A stretch of 43,900 bases of DNA from an uncultured Acidobacteriota bacterium (GTDB lineage: Bacteria > Acidobacteriota > UBA6911), in assembly GCA_963809485.1 (NCBI GenBank), contig CAWEJX010000018.1, positions 1 to 43,900 of the forward strand, written 5' to 3'. Made by a program: the position numbers and the translations under genes. The notes under the pieces were generated by a model, which saw nothing but the letters and a program-made list of their open reading frames with translations, made no database searches and was not told the origin of the DNA. The stretch's first letter is position 1; every line of letters begins with the position of its first letter. Shown piece by piece: positions 29,690 to 40,077 of the stretch.

Positions 29690-31594
29690 TCATGGATTGC
29701 GGGCTGTTGATGTGCCTCCGGAACTACCGGTAGCATAATAGCCGCGCTTGGCGTGTATGAAGTAGTCGCTGCCCGCCTTGCCGTGGCTGTCGGTCAAGCG
29801 GACCGTAATCGAGTGGAACATGCCGCCCTGGCCGGTGCCTGTAGGATAGTATCCGAATGAATAGCGCATGCGGAGCCGGGAAATTACCGATGCCAGAGCA
29901 GAGCTGACAGAGGAAACCCGCCCCACGTTGATAATTTCGCCGCCGGTTTCCCGCGTTATTTTGTTGACCGTATCCCCGCCGAAAATCAACGACGGCAGCT
30001 GCGCTCCCAGCTGGAGAGGATCTCCCGATGTTTTGAGGCTGTATACAACGGTTTCCGTCTCCATCGCCGTTTTGATAACTTCAGCTTCGCTCGCGCTGGG
30101 AGCAACTGTTTGCTGGTTATCAGAAACCAGAATCACCGCGTGCCGTTTTCCCGGCGCGCTGCCGGCAAGGTAATTGACGGCTTCATGAAGGGCATCGGTG
30201 ATATCCGTTCCCCCGCCCGCCCGTATTCTGTCGATGGCGTCCGCTATAGCAGCACGATCGGTGGTCAAATCCTCCAGACGGCTGACATTGTCGGCGAATG
30301 AAAAGAGGCACACTTCGTCCTGCGGCTTGAGTTGATCAAGGGCACGGGTTGCGACCCGCCGCAACTCGGAAATATAGGGCGCCACACTTCCGCTGCGGTC
30401 TACCACAAGAGCCACCGCCAGAGGAAGCTCGTCGCGCGAGAAGCTTTGCACTTCCTGCAAGACCCCGTCTTCATAAACTCTGAAATCCTCGACAGCAAGT
30501 CTGTCCATCATTCGGCCGGCCTTATCCCGGACGACCGCGTCCACCTGCACCATGCGGACCTTAACACTGAGGGTCAGGCCCCCACCGGACGGGCCGCCTC
30601 CAGGGACAGGATCTGCAGGCGTCGAAGCGGAAGAGCCGGCATCGGCGGATGTTTCAGCGGGAGATTCAGGAGGAATGGAAGCAGCCGTTTCTTCCGGCGG
30701 ACGTTCTCTGCGCGGATCCCTCAACACGGGCCGGCCGGGCATCTCAATCTCTTCAGGGGAGGTTTCGGGAGGTATCGAGGCAGCAGTATCTTCCGGCGGC
30801 TGGTCGCTCCGCGGATCTTTGAGCACGGGCCGGCCGGGCATCCCGTTCTCTTCGGGGCGAGCCGCTTCTGCTCGGGCCGATTCGGTCTGTGCGGCACGGG
30901 GTGTGTTTTGTGCCCGGACGGAAGCCTCAGGGATTTCCAGCGGCTGATCGAACTGGGCTTCGAACATCGTGCTCCTGGGCAGATCAAGGTCCGGGCCGCG
31001 CCGGAACAGCATTCCGGCCGCAGCGACGGCCGCCCCGGCGGCCGCCCCGTACATGGCCCCCTTTGTGCCGCCGGTCAGAACTCCGATGATGGCACCCTGG
31101 GCGCTACCGCTCGCCACCGACTTGATATCTCCCCCGGCTCCCGCTTCCCCTTTGAGTTCGGGATCCTGGCCTGTTTTCGGATCCACAGGGTCAAATCCCA
31201 TGCGCGTAATGCTTGCCTTGAAAGGGAGCGCGGTTCCGTCGGGCAGCTTGACCTCGTCAAAACGCAGCCGCATTTCAGCCCGGCCGAAGAGCAGACCCGC
31301 CCGCTTGGATTTTGTGACGGTGCCCCGTATCCGGCACTTATTGGGAATCAGCACCTGGTTGTCCACGACAACTTCGGCGGCGGTGGTGAATTCAATCCGT
31401 TCGCCCTCGCGTGTGGTGCGCGTGTGAAGCGGAGTTTCAAGCTGCATGATGAACTTCTGGCCCGATGGGATGCTTGCGGGCCCGTTTTCCGACGACACCT
31501 CCGCTTGCGGGCCTGCCGGCATACCCTGGCTGTATCCAGCGCAGAAAACGGCAATTGCGAGCAATATGGCACCTGCATGCGCATGTCTCTTCAT
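29690..31594 (-). CDS. Secreted protein: VirB10/TrbI-like beta domain, Pro/Glu linker, acidobacterial-type VWA domain
   Basis: LETPLHT...IRGTV..SKRAG...LRFDEV..PDG; glycine zipper; VQVDAVVRDKAG, MIDAS-like VDRSGSV, GGGT...DAL, LVSD, terminal AKRGYYA. Confidence 0.85.
   Translation of the reverse strand: MKRHAHAGAILLAIAVFCAGYSQGMPAGPQAEVSSENGPASIPSGQKFIMQLETPLHTRTTREGERIEFTTAAEVVVDNQVLIPNKCRIRGTVTKSKRAGLLFGRAEMRLRFDEVKLPDGTALPFKASITRMGFDPVDPKTGQDPELKGEAGAGGDIKSVASGSAQGAIIGVLTGGTKGAMYGAAAGAAVAAAGMLFRRGPDLDLPRSTMFEAQFDQPLEIPEASVRAQNTPRAAQTESARAEAARPEENGMPGRPVLKDPRSDQPPEDTAASIPPETSPEEIEMPGRPVLRDPRRERPPEETAASIPPESPAETSADAGSSASTPADPVPGGGPSGGGLTLSVKVRMVQVDAVVRDKAGRMMDRLAVEDFRVYEDGVLQEVQSFSRDELPLAVALVVDRSGSVAPYISELRRVATRALDQLKPQDEVCLFSFADNVSRLEDLTTDRAAIADAIDRIRAGGGTDITDALHEAVNYLAGSAPGKRHAVILVSDNQQTVAPSASEAEVIKTAMETETVVYSLKTSGDPLQLGAQLPSLIFGGDTVNKITRETGGEIINVGRVSSVSSALASVISRLRMRYSFGYYPTGTGQGGMFHSITVRLTDSHGKAGSDYFIHAKRGYYATGSSGGTSTARNP
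30659..30853 (-). repeat. Intragenic tandem duplication with a 99-bp (33-aa) period
   Basis: CACGGGCCGGCCGGGCAT at 30725 and 30824; MPGRPVL(K/R)DPR...PPE(D/E)TAASIPPE occurs twice. Confidence 0.9.
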
Positions 31595-31822
31595 TTAAGC
31601 AGCCCCGGGGAAATACAATCCGATGCCCCATCCTACACTTTATTGGATGGCACCGAACCCGTCATGGTTCATTTTGCGCGATGCGTTTACCCGGCATGGA
31701 ACTTCTGTCAAGTAGCCGCAGTCATTTTATGCTATTCTCGCCCATGGGGCTTCCATTAACCTCGGTCAAATTCATTTTTCCAATCGTTTGCCGTTTTCCG
31801 GTGCTCTTTAAAAGGAGGAGCA

Positions 31823-32578
31823 ATGAAAGCAGCTTTTGCGTTGGCAATTCCGGCGATCCTTGCGGCCATTCTAATGGCCCACCAGGCGCAGGCATCCGAT
31901 AACAGTCCCAAAATCACTGTGAACGGTGAGGCGACCGTCAACGTGCAGCCGGACAAGATCGTCATCGCGCTCGGAATCGAGACGCGGGACATGGAAATCG
32001 TGGGGGCAAAGCAGAAGAACAACGAGATACTGAAAAAGGCTCTGGCAGTCCTTCGCGAGTCCGGTGTCCCGGACAAGGAAATACAGACCGATCACCTTTC
32101 CATCGAACCCCGGTACAAAGATAACTACGGAAGAGAGGATTTTCTGGGCTACTTCGTAAGAAACACGCTCCTGGTCACGGTGACCGATACCGAAAAGGTT
32201 GAAGGTTTGATTACCAAAGCGCTGCAATCGGGCGTGAACTATATACACGGGATTGATTTTCAGACAACCGAATTCAAGAAGTACCGCGAGCAGGCCAGAA
32301 AGCTTGCGCTCGAAGCGGCAAAGGAGAAGGCGGAGAAAATGGCCGCCGTACTTGGTCAATCCATCGGTTCGCCTGTGCAAATCAGCGAGACCTACAGCGG
32401 ATCGCCCTGGTCCTACTACTCCAGCTGGTCGGGCTGGGGGTACGGCCGCGGCGCCGGTATGGCCCAGAATACAATCCAGAACATTCAGGGTGGCCCGGGC
32501 GAAATTTCCGAGACGATTGCTCTCGGGAAAATATCCATTCGGGCCGGGGTTTCCGTTGTTTTCGAATTGAAAAAATAG
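31823..32578 (+). CDS. SIMPL domain (DUF541) periplasmic protein
   Basis: ITVNGEATVNVQPD, IQTDHLSIEPRY, AKEKAEKMA; AGGAGG RBS. Confidence 0.92.
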   Translation: MKAAFALAIPAILAAILMAHQAQASDNSPKITVNGEATVNVQPDKIVIALGIETRDMEIVGAKQKNNEILKKALAVLRESGVPDKEIQTDHLSIEPRYKDNYGREDFLGYFVRNTLLVTVTDTEKVEGLITKALQSGVNYIHGIDFQTTEFKKYREQARKLALEAAKEKAEKMAAVLGQSIGSPVQISETYSGSPWSYYSSWSGWGYGRGAGMAQNTIQNIQGGPGEISETIALGKISIRAGVSVVFELKK

Positions 32579-32763
32579 GCGGCAGACGCCGAATCTCATT
32601 TTTCAAAGTCTTTCTTAGGGATTCTTCGCGGATGGCTTTGAATAGGATCGAGTCGATTTTGCAGGTCGGCATCACTGCCGTCGGCTTGCGACATCCGACC
32701 TGAATGCACGTGCCGGGATTCAGGGCTGCAACAGAAATGCTATGAGGACAATGGGAGGGGATT

Positions 32764-33204
32764 ATGGCTGATCCATTTTTGCAGGCTGCTATCGAGGAAG
32801 CCAGACTGGGGCTTGCTGAAGGCGGGATACCGATCGGTTCGGTCCTGGTGATTGACAATAAAATAGTCGGCCGCGGCCACAACCGGCGGGTTCAGCGTGA
32901 GAGCGCCATACTTCACGCCGAGATGGACTGTTTTGAAAATGCCGGCCGCCTGAAGGCCCGCGACTACCAGCGATCCGTTCTTTACTCCACACTCTCCCCC
33001 TGTGACATGTGCAGCGGGACGGCACTTCTATATAAGGTTCCCAGGATCGTGATCGGCGAGAATAAGACCTTCCGGGGGCCGGAAGATTATTTGCGCTCCC
33101 GCGGCGTCCGGCTGGAGGTTCTTCAGGACCAGGAATGCATCCGTTTGATGGAGGAATTTATTAAAGTAACACCTGAGCTTTGGAACGAAGATATAGGTGT
33201 TTAA
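32764..33204 (+). CDS. Nucleoside/cytosine deaminase (CDA fold)
   Basis: EGGIPIGSVL, HAE, SPCDMC, WNEDIG. Confidence 0.92.
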   Translation: MADPFLQAAIEEARLGLAEGGIPIGSVLVIDNKIVGRGHNRRVQRESAILHAEMDCFENAGRLKARDYQRSVLYSTLSPCDMCSGTALLYKVPRIVIGENKTFRGPEDYLRSRGVRLEVLQDQECIRLMEEFIKVTPELWNEDIGV

Positions 33205-33367
33205 TGATTTTTATTTTTTGCTGGCCCTGGCCCGAAGCGATAGATGGCGCTGCGGGATTGACAGTGATAAAATAGCGTCATTACATCCGGACAAGAGCCA
33301 CACAGGATGAAACGCTGCAGACAGCCGGAATAACTGACGGCGCTTTTCTCAGGGTAGCGCCGGATTT

Positions 33368-35699
33368 TTGCAGGATAAAACCGTGATCAGCTTTTTGTTA
33401 CTCCTCCTGATCGTTTTGTTTATATGGGGAGCGATCACGCTCAGTCTCCTCAAGAAACGCCTCGCCGGCCTTGAGTCGGCACTCGGCGGCTTGAGTAAGC
33501 ATTTGAACAGCCTGCAGGCCGAGATCAACACCTTGCGCGCTCAATCGCCGGCTGCCGCCCGGACCGGAAATTTCCGCAGAATTGCCGGAGGCGGATGTAC
33601 AGCTGCCCGCTGCGGTCCGAGTTCAATATTCGCCGCAGTCGGTGAATGCCGACAGTCTTGAAGCGCCGACTTCGGGAATTTCAGACTCAGGCCCTCCGCG
33701 CACTGAATCCTTCCCCGTTCAAGCCGGTCCCACATGGGCGGAGCGCATCAATTCTTTCGAGCGCCTGCTGGGCACACGATGGTTGAGCTGGGCCGGCACT
33801 GTGGTCATTCTTGTGGGCACGGCGTTCCTGCTCAAATTCCTGTACGACCGGGGATGGATCGGCCCGGCCGGACGGGTAACTATCGGCATGTCCATTGGAG
33901 CCGTGCTGCTCCTCCTCGGTGAGGTCAAACTGCGCAGGCTGCATGATCTGTTTTCGCAGTCGGTATCGGCGGCCGGATGCGGAGCTCTTTTTTTAACTTC
34001 CTTCCTTTCCTTTAAATTTTACGATTTCAGCGGCCGCACGGCTACTTTTGCGCTGCTGTGCTGGTTTGCCTTCTTTGCCGTCGCCCTGGCTGTGGTGCGC
34101 CGAGGCCCTATTCTGGCCTTTCTCGGGCTGCTCGCGGCATATCTCACCCCATATTTGCTTTCCACGGGGCAGGATCAGGCTGAGGAGTTGTTTGCCTTCC
34201 TTGCCATCCTGGCGGCAGCGGCGGCTTTTGTGAATGCTTCCCGCAATTGGCGCGGCATACCAAGCCTCTGCCTCGCGGGCAGCTGGATTTACTACGCCGG
34301 CTGGTTTTTCCGTTTCTATATGCCGGAGCGGCTTTTCATCGCTGTTGCAGGCGCCGGCGGGATGATACTTCTCATCGGGCTCATATCGCTTTCGAGAGGC
34401 TTGTGGCACAAATCGGCTGCCAGGATGGAGGAGTGCGTCGTCCTTGCCGCTTCAGCGGTGGTGGGCCTGTCTTACCTGTGGGACATACTCCATGATAAGC
34501 ACGAGCAGGAGCTGGGCTTTGTCCTTTGCGCGCTTGCCCTCATCGCGCTGGCGGCTTTGAAAGCGGCTGTCTCGAGAAAAGCCGCGACTCCCACGCTGGA
34601 AGCTGCATTACTGGGACTGGCATCCGGCTCGCTTCTCCTCGTGATCCCTGCATGCCTCCGGGCGGACGGAGCGATGCTGACTTGGGCCCTGGGCGCAGTT
34701 TTGTTCGCAGACATGGGAATCCGTTCGCGCCGCCTCCTGCTGGAATGCGCCGCCGGCATTTGCCTTCTGGCCGGCGTTTGGGCCGGTGCTTTTGATGCGG
34801 TAGGCCACACAGGAATATTTATTCCAATCGCCAACCGCATTTTTCTTGCCTGGCTCTCCGTAATCCTGGCCTGGTTTATTACCGGGTTCCGCTATTTCCG
34901 CACCTGTCCTCAAAGGTCAGACCGACACAAGCTCGGGATGATTCTCCAGGTCGCATCGAGTTTCATGCTGATTGCGCTGCTGACATATGAGGCGAGCGCC
35001 TGGTTCGACGGAATGATTGCCTCTCCGGGAGTTGATGTCGCATTGCTCAAGGATTACCGGAATGTTGTTCTATGTATGCTTTGGGCTGCCTGTCCATGGC
35101 TCTGGCTTCTCCGCGTAAAGCCAAAGCCCTATCTGCTTTCTGCCGTGCAGTACGCTGTTCTTGGCCTGGCATTCCTCGGGCTCCTGGCGGATTTTCACCA
35201 TCGTGAAACCATAGCCTTCGTTAATCCGGTTTTCTGGGCGGCCGTGTTGTTGCCTGCTGGCATATTTCTTGTCGGAGGGAAGACCGAGGAATACGGCCAT
35301 AAGATGCGCAATGGCCTTCAGGTTTATGCCCATCTCTTGTGGGTGGTACTTATCGCCGTGGAGATTCAGCAGGGTCTGTATTTAAGCACCTGGTCCGCAT
35401 CGAGCCGAGGCTGGGTCCGCCTGGCCCTGATCTCGGTCGCATGGGCGGTCTATGCCACGGTGCTGCTTGGGATAGGCATTGCGCGAAATATCCCGGCCTG
35501 GCGCTGGTTTGCGTTGAGCCTCCTCGGCATAACCCTGATAAAGGTACTTTTCCTGGACATGTCCGAAGTTCGTCAGATCTGGCGAGTTCTGTCCTTTATG
35601 GCGCTGGGAGCACTTCTGATGATCTGCTCCTACGCTTACAGCCGGCACGAGCGCTCGAAACGGACTGCAGGCAATGTGTCCGCACCGGACAAGGGGTGA
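33368..35699 (+). CDS. DUF2339-like large membrane protein (frameshift near 33570)
   Basis: N-terminal TM and coiled coil in 33368-33570, then FERLLGTRWL...GWIGPAGRV and C-terminal KVLFLDMSEV...RVLSF. Confidence 0.85.
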
Positions 35700-35703
35700 A
35701 TCC

Positions 35704-36990
35704 ATGATTCTCGTTGTATTGCTGATTCTCAGCGCTGCCTATGCATCCGCCGCGGAACCCTATGCGGCATGGAAATACTGGAGCCGGGTTCAGGCTCCGG
35801 ATGCGCGTATCGTGGCACTTCCGCTTCGCCCCCAGAATCTCGACCTGAGCGAGAAGCGCGACCTGTCGGATTTCCGAATCGTCGATTCACGCAGTTTGGA
35901 AGTGCCCTACGCCGTTGCATTCGAGACAGAATTGCGGAGCGAGACGAATCTGAAGGGGATCGAAATCAACCGGGAGTATCCCGATTCTTCTACCAGCCGC
36001 ATCACGGTCGATTTCGGCTCCCCCGTAACGAAAAACAGGATCCGTGTGGAAACCACCGGGAACAGTTTCCGCCGACTGGTCCGTGTGGAAGGCAGCGACG
36101 ATCTGCGGGAATGGTCGACACTGCTTCCGGAAGGATGGCTGATTGCCGCAGGCGATACGCCGGAAAAGCGCTTCGAATCCCTGGACATCGGATCCAACAC
36201 CTACCGGTTTGTGCGGGTTTCCATAAGCAAAATGCCTGACGAAAGGGAGGCCCCCGGGATCCTGCAGGTGAGCTGCCGGCATCTGGTAATACGGAGGCCG
36301 TCCGAGACCTCGGTACCGTCAATTCTTTTTGCTTATAGCACCAAGGACCGGACGAGTACGGCGGAAATCGATTTTGGCACGCGCAATCTGCCTGTTCAGC
36401 GGCTTCAACTGCTGCTCGGCCGAGATCCCGCAAGGATTTTCGAAAAGCGTTGCGAGGTTTACGGACGCAACAGCCGCCAGCACACGGAAAGGATCCGGTT
36501 CGAAAGCGGGGAGTACGGTAAAACGAGAACCGTAGACACTGCTTGGGAATATCTGGGATCCGCAGTCCTATATCGCAATACCCAGGGCCAAAACTCACTG
36601 GCCCTGCCGGTCCCGGTGAAATTCCGATACGTTCAGATCCGCATCCAGGACGGAGACAGTCCACCGCTCGAGGTGAGCGGCGTAACGGGATATGCCGTGC
36701 CGGCATACCTGGTGTTTGAACCTGCGGGGCAATCCCGTTTTGACCTCTACACGGGCAATGCCGAGGCACCGGTTCCGCGATATCAGACCGCGCAAATCCT
36801 CGCTTCCATGGACACGCGGTCGCTTGCCAAATGCCCGCAAACCCAGCTGGCCCGGCGGCCGGAATCGATCCCGCGGCCGCAACCTCAAGGCCGGCGCTTT
36901 GTATGGGTCATTCTGGGACTGGCAGTCCTTTTTACCGCATGGATTCTCTGGAACACGGCACGAAGCATCGGCAGGGAAACAAGCGCATAA
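35704..36990 (+). CDS. DUF3999-like exported protein with a C-terminal TM anchor
   Basis: Signal peptide, DLSDFRIVDS...EVPY, IQDGDSPPL, PRY, terminal TM; directly follows the DUF2339-like gene. Confidence 0.8.
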   Translation: MILVVLLILSAAYASAAEPYAAWKYWSRVQAPDARIVALPLRPQNLDLSEKRDLSDFRIVDSRSLEVPYAVAFETELRSETNLKGIEINREYPDSSTSRITVDFGSPVTKNRIRVETTGNSFRRLVRVEGSDDLREWSTLLPEGWLIAAGDTPEKRFESLDIGSNTYRFVRVSISKMPDEREAPGILQVSCRHLVIRRPSETSVPSILFAYSTKDRTSTAEIDFGTRNLPVQRLQLLLGRDPARIFEKRCEVYGRNSRQHTERIRFESGEYGKTRTVDTAWEYLGSAVLYRNTQGQNSLALPVPVKFRYVQIRIQDGDSPPLEVSGVTGYAVPAYLVFEPAGQSRFDLYTGNAEAPVPRYQTAQILASMDTRSLAKCPQTQLARRPESIPRPQPQGRRFVWVILGLAVLFTAWILWNTARSIGRETSA

Positions 36991-37124
36991 CTGCGCCGAT
37001 GCCAAAAATACATCTATGTTTTTTTCGGCCTTCGTCGGCGATTGTCAGCGTGAGTCCGCGTTACGGGATCTTCTGGACGTAACCCGGAAACCATCTTCGG
37101 GCATTCCGAGACCCTCGGTATCTG

Positions 37125-38696
37125 TCACTCCTTTTCGGGAAGCATGGCTTGGAGGTTCTTCTTCTCATCCGCAAATTCTTCAGGTGACACCGCAATGCCG
37201 TCTTTCAGCAACTCGCCCAGGACATTGAGATCCGTGCTGCGGCGGAGCGAGACGACAGCGCGCAGCGTATCCCTCTCATAAAATCCGGCCAAAAATCCTT
37301 CCTTTCCGATAGCGCCCCTGAAGACGATTCGGTCGTAGGTTGCCGCCCATCCCAGATAGCAGAGCGACATTTCGTGCTGTCGGGTCCAGAAAAACGGGAT
37401 TTCGCTAAACGGCTCTCTTGAACCAAGCATTGCCCGGGCTGCATGCTGCCCCTGTCGCTGAGCAACCGCCCAGTGCTCGACGCGAATGCGCCGGTCGATT
37501 GGGGCATACGGGACCGCCGCAATATCTCCCGCGGCAAAAATCCCGTCCAATGAAGTGCGGAGGCAAGAATCGACAGGGACGGCATTTTCGCTCACGATCC
37601 CCGCTGCCGGCAGATAGTCCAGGACGGGTGTGACGCCAATCCCGACGATCACCACATCCGCGGTTACCAGCGTGCCGTCGTCCAGCCTGATCCCTTCGAC
37701 GCTGTCTCCGCCGGTGACTTCGACGGGGGTGCGCCCCAGGTGGAACTTGACGCCCTGGCTTTCGTGAATCTCCTGCAGCCAGGTGCCTATCTGCTCTCCG
37801 AACACCTTGCCCAGCGGAATTCTCTCGGGCCCAATCACGCACACCTCCAGCCCGCGCGACCTCAGCGCCGAGGCCGCTTCCAGACCGATAAAACTTGCAC
37901 CGATGACAGCCGCCGAGCGGGCTCCGTCAAGCGCTTTGACGATATCTTCAGAATCGGCGCGGCTGCGCAACAGGAAAACGCCTTTCTTGTTCGCACCCGG
38001 GATACTGAGCGGGCGTGGTCTGGCTCCGGTCGCCAGCAGGAGACGGTCCCAGGAAAGTTTTTCGCCGCTGTCCAGCGTTATTGTGCGGGCGGCCGCTTCG
38101 ACGGCGGTTGCCTTCCCTTGGATGAAGTGAATGTTCCGATCGTCGTAGAATTTCCGGCTGTGCAGCGGAATCCATTCCGGCTTTGCCTTCCCCGCCAGAA
38201 AATCTTTCGACAGGTTGGGCCTGTCGTAGGGCAAAGCATCCTCGGGGGAAATCAGGATCAGGCGTCCGGCAAAACCCTCATCGCGAAGAGTCTCAGCTGC
38301 CGCGTTCCCTGCCGCTCCGGACCCAAGAATCAGGATTGTCTGGCCGGCGGTTTCCGGCTGAATCCTGGGACCCGGCGCCTCAACGAGACGCACATAAACG
38401 TCACCGCCCTTAATCCTGGCTTCGTAGCGCTTCAGGTGGGTCAGAGCGGGTGCGGCTTTCGTTTTTCCTGTGGTTATGTCGAATTTGGCATTGTGCCAGG
38501 GGCAGGTCAGGATATGGCCCCTCAGAAAGCCTTGCTCCAGCGGAGCTCCGTAGTGGGTGCATTTTCCTCCACAAGCATGAACGGTTTCTCCCTGCCGGAC
38601 GGCAAGCACTCTGTTTTTGCCCAGATCAAATGCCGCAGGAATGCTTTCCTTAAGATCGCTTTCACTGCAAAGTTTCTGCCATTCATTATCGGACAT
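37125..38696 (-). CDS. Rieske [2Fe-2S] + FAD/NAD(P) oxidoreductase fusion (AIFM3/ferredoxin-reductase-like)
   Basis: CTHYG...CPWH, GSGAAG, YDRPNLSK, LATGA, GASFIG, FAAGD, PFFWT. Confidence 0.92.
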   Translation of the reverse strand: MSDNEWQKLCSESDLKESIPAAFDLGKNRVLAVRQGETVHACGGKCTHYGAPLEQGFLRGHILTCPWHNAKFDITTGKTKAAPALTHLKRYEARIKGGDVYVRLVEAPGPRIQPETAGQTILILGSGAAGNAAAETLRDEGFAGRLILISPEDALPYDRPNLSKDFLAGKAKPEWIPLHSRKFYDDRNIHFIQGKATAVEAAARTITLDSGEKLSWDRLLLATGARPRPLSIPGANKKGVFLLRSRADSEDIVKALDGARSAAVIGASFIGLEAASALRSRGLEVCVIGPERIPLGKVFGEQIGTWLQEIHESQGVKFHLGRTPVEVTGGDSVEGIRLDDGTLVTADVVIVGIGVTPVLDYLPAAGIVSENAVPVDSCLRTSLDGIFAAGDIAAVPYAPIDRRIRVEHWAVAQRQGQHAARAMLGSREPFSEIPFFWTRQHEMSLCYLGWAATYDRIVFRGAIGKEGFLAGFYERDTLRAVVSLRRSTDLNVLGELLKDGIAVSPEEFADEKKNLQAMLPEKE

Positions 38697-38927
38697 ACGA
38701 ACCCTCCCTGTAACCCATTCCAAGATCACATCGGGCCGGAACCAGCATCCGGATCATGCGCAAACCTGGCTTTTGTTTACCTTTCATTCCGGCACTTGTC
38801 AATATGCCAGCGGCATTTCCTGCGGCCGGCAGCGCGCCGCCGTTTGTGCCCAAGAAACTGGTTTCATATCTTCTCTGAAATCTAATATGATTTCACCTCC
38901 AGTCAGTTGATATGGGATGCAGGAGAC

Positions 38928-40076
38928 ATGAGGACTTTTGATGTCATCATAATTGGTGCCGGGCCAGCGGGTTCGGCCGCTTCGTATCTGCTGGCCGGCG
39001 CAGGGATGCGGGTCGCTCTGGTTGATAAAGCCAACTTCCCCAGAGACAAGCTTTGCGGCGGGCTTTTGAGCGAGAGGACAGAGAGGGTCTATAAAAGCAT
39101 TTTTGGCGATGGCTGGCAGAACCTATATGAGTTCAAGTCGTCGGGCGCAGGTTTTTTTTACAGAGCCCGGCTGCTCAACGAGGTCAGTAACTACAGAAAA
39201 ATGTATTTTACGATGCGGGCATCCTTCGACCATCACCTTGTCAACCTGGCCGTTGGCAAGGGCGCTACGCTCTTCGAGAAGACCTGTGCATCTTCCCTGG
39301 AACCGCAGAGCAGTACCGTGCGGCTTCAAAATGGCAACGCCCTGCACGGGGATTTCATCATCGGCGCCGATGGCGCACTCGGCAGGATGGCCGCCGGCCT
39401 TGGGCTCTCGATCCAAAAGAAGAATCTGGCCGCGGGTCTGGAGATCGAATACCCCCGCCAGGGCAGCGTGGCCGATCTTGCCAGGCCGGAGATTCATTTT
39501 GGAGTTATCCGCTGGGGCTATGGCTGGGTTTTCCCCAAAAAGGATACGGTTACCATCGGAATTGCTGGCCTGACGAATAAAAATCCCGGTCTGGCAAACA
39601 GTTTCCGCGCCTTCCTGAATCAGGTTTGTCACGAGATGCCGAACATACGGTGGAAAGGACATCCCATACCATTCTGCAATTTCCGGATGCGGGCGGGAGA
39701 AGGAAATATTTTGCTGGCGGGGGATGCGGCCGGTTTCGTGGAACCCGTAACCGGCGAGGGCATAGCGTTCGCGATGGAAAGCGGCGCCCACGCAGCCCGC
39801 GCCATCCTGGATGCAGCCGGCCATGGAAATCCCCGAAGCGCAGAGACACACTACCAGCATCGCTGCCGCAAGCTTGCGCGATTTATAATGCAGGCGGAGC
39901 GCATGCGGTATCTGGTATTCCCGGCGATTTCCGAAAAACTGTTTACCAGGGCTCTGGGAAGAAGCAAGACCGTAATCCATCGTTACATGGATCTGGCCGG
40001 CGGCGAGATGGATTATGCGGATTATTCAAGATTCCTGGTGAAAAAGCTTTGCCGGCATCTGCTTCCTTTGCGTTAG
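38928..40076 (+). CDS. Geranylgeranyl reductase family flavoprotein
   Basis: GAGPAGS, FPRDKLCGG, GADG, GYGWVFPK, GDAAGFVEPVTGEGI. Confidence 0.9.
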   Translation: MRTFDVIIIGAGPAGSAASYLLAGAGMRVALVDKANFPRDKLCGGLLSERTERVYKSIFGDGWQNLYEFKSSGAGFFYRARLLNEVSNYRKMYFTMRASFDHHLVNLAVGKGATLFEKTCASSLEPQSSTVRLQNGNALHGDFIIGADGALGRMAAGLGLSIQKKNLAAGLEIEYPRQGSVADLARPEIHFGVIRWGYGWVFPKKDTVTIGIAGLTNKNPGLANSFRAFLNQVCHEMPNIRWKGHPIPFCNFRMRAGEGNILLAGDAAGFVEPVTGEGIAFAMESGAHAARAILDAAGHGNPRSAETHYQHRCRKLARFIMQAERMRYLVFPAISEKLFTRALGRSKTVIHRYMDLAGGEMDYADYSRFLVKKLCRHLLPLR

Positions 40077-40077
40077 C

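Noticed and set aside
30332-31759. Long antisense ORFs (475 aa here; also 14008-15240, 37740-38885, 11007-11981)
   Set aside because: These are shadow frames of well-supported genes in GC-rich DNA and carry no motifs.
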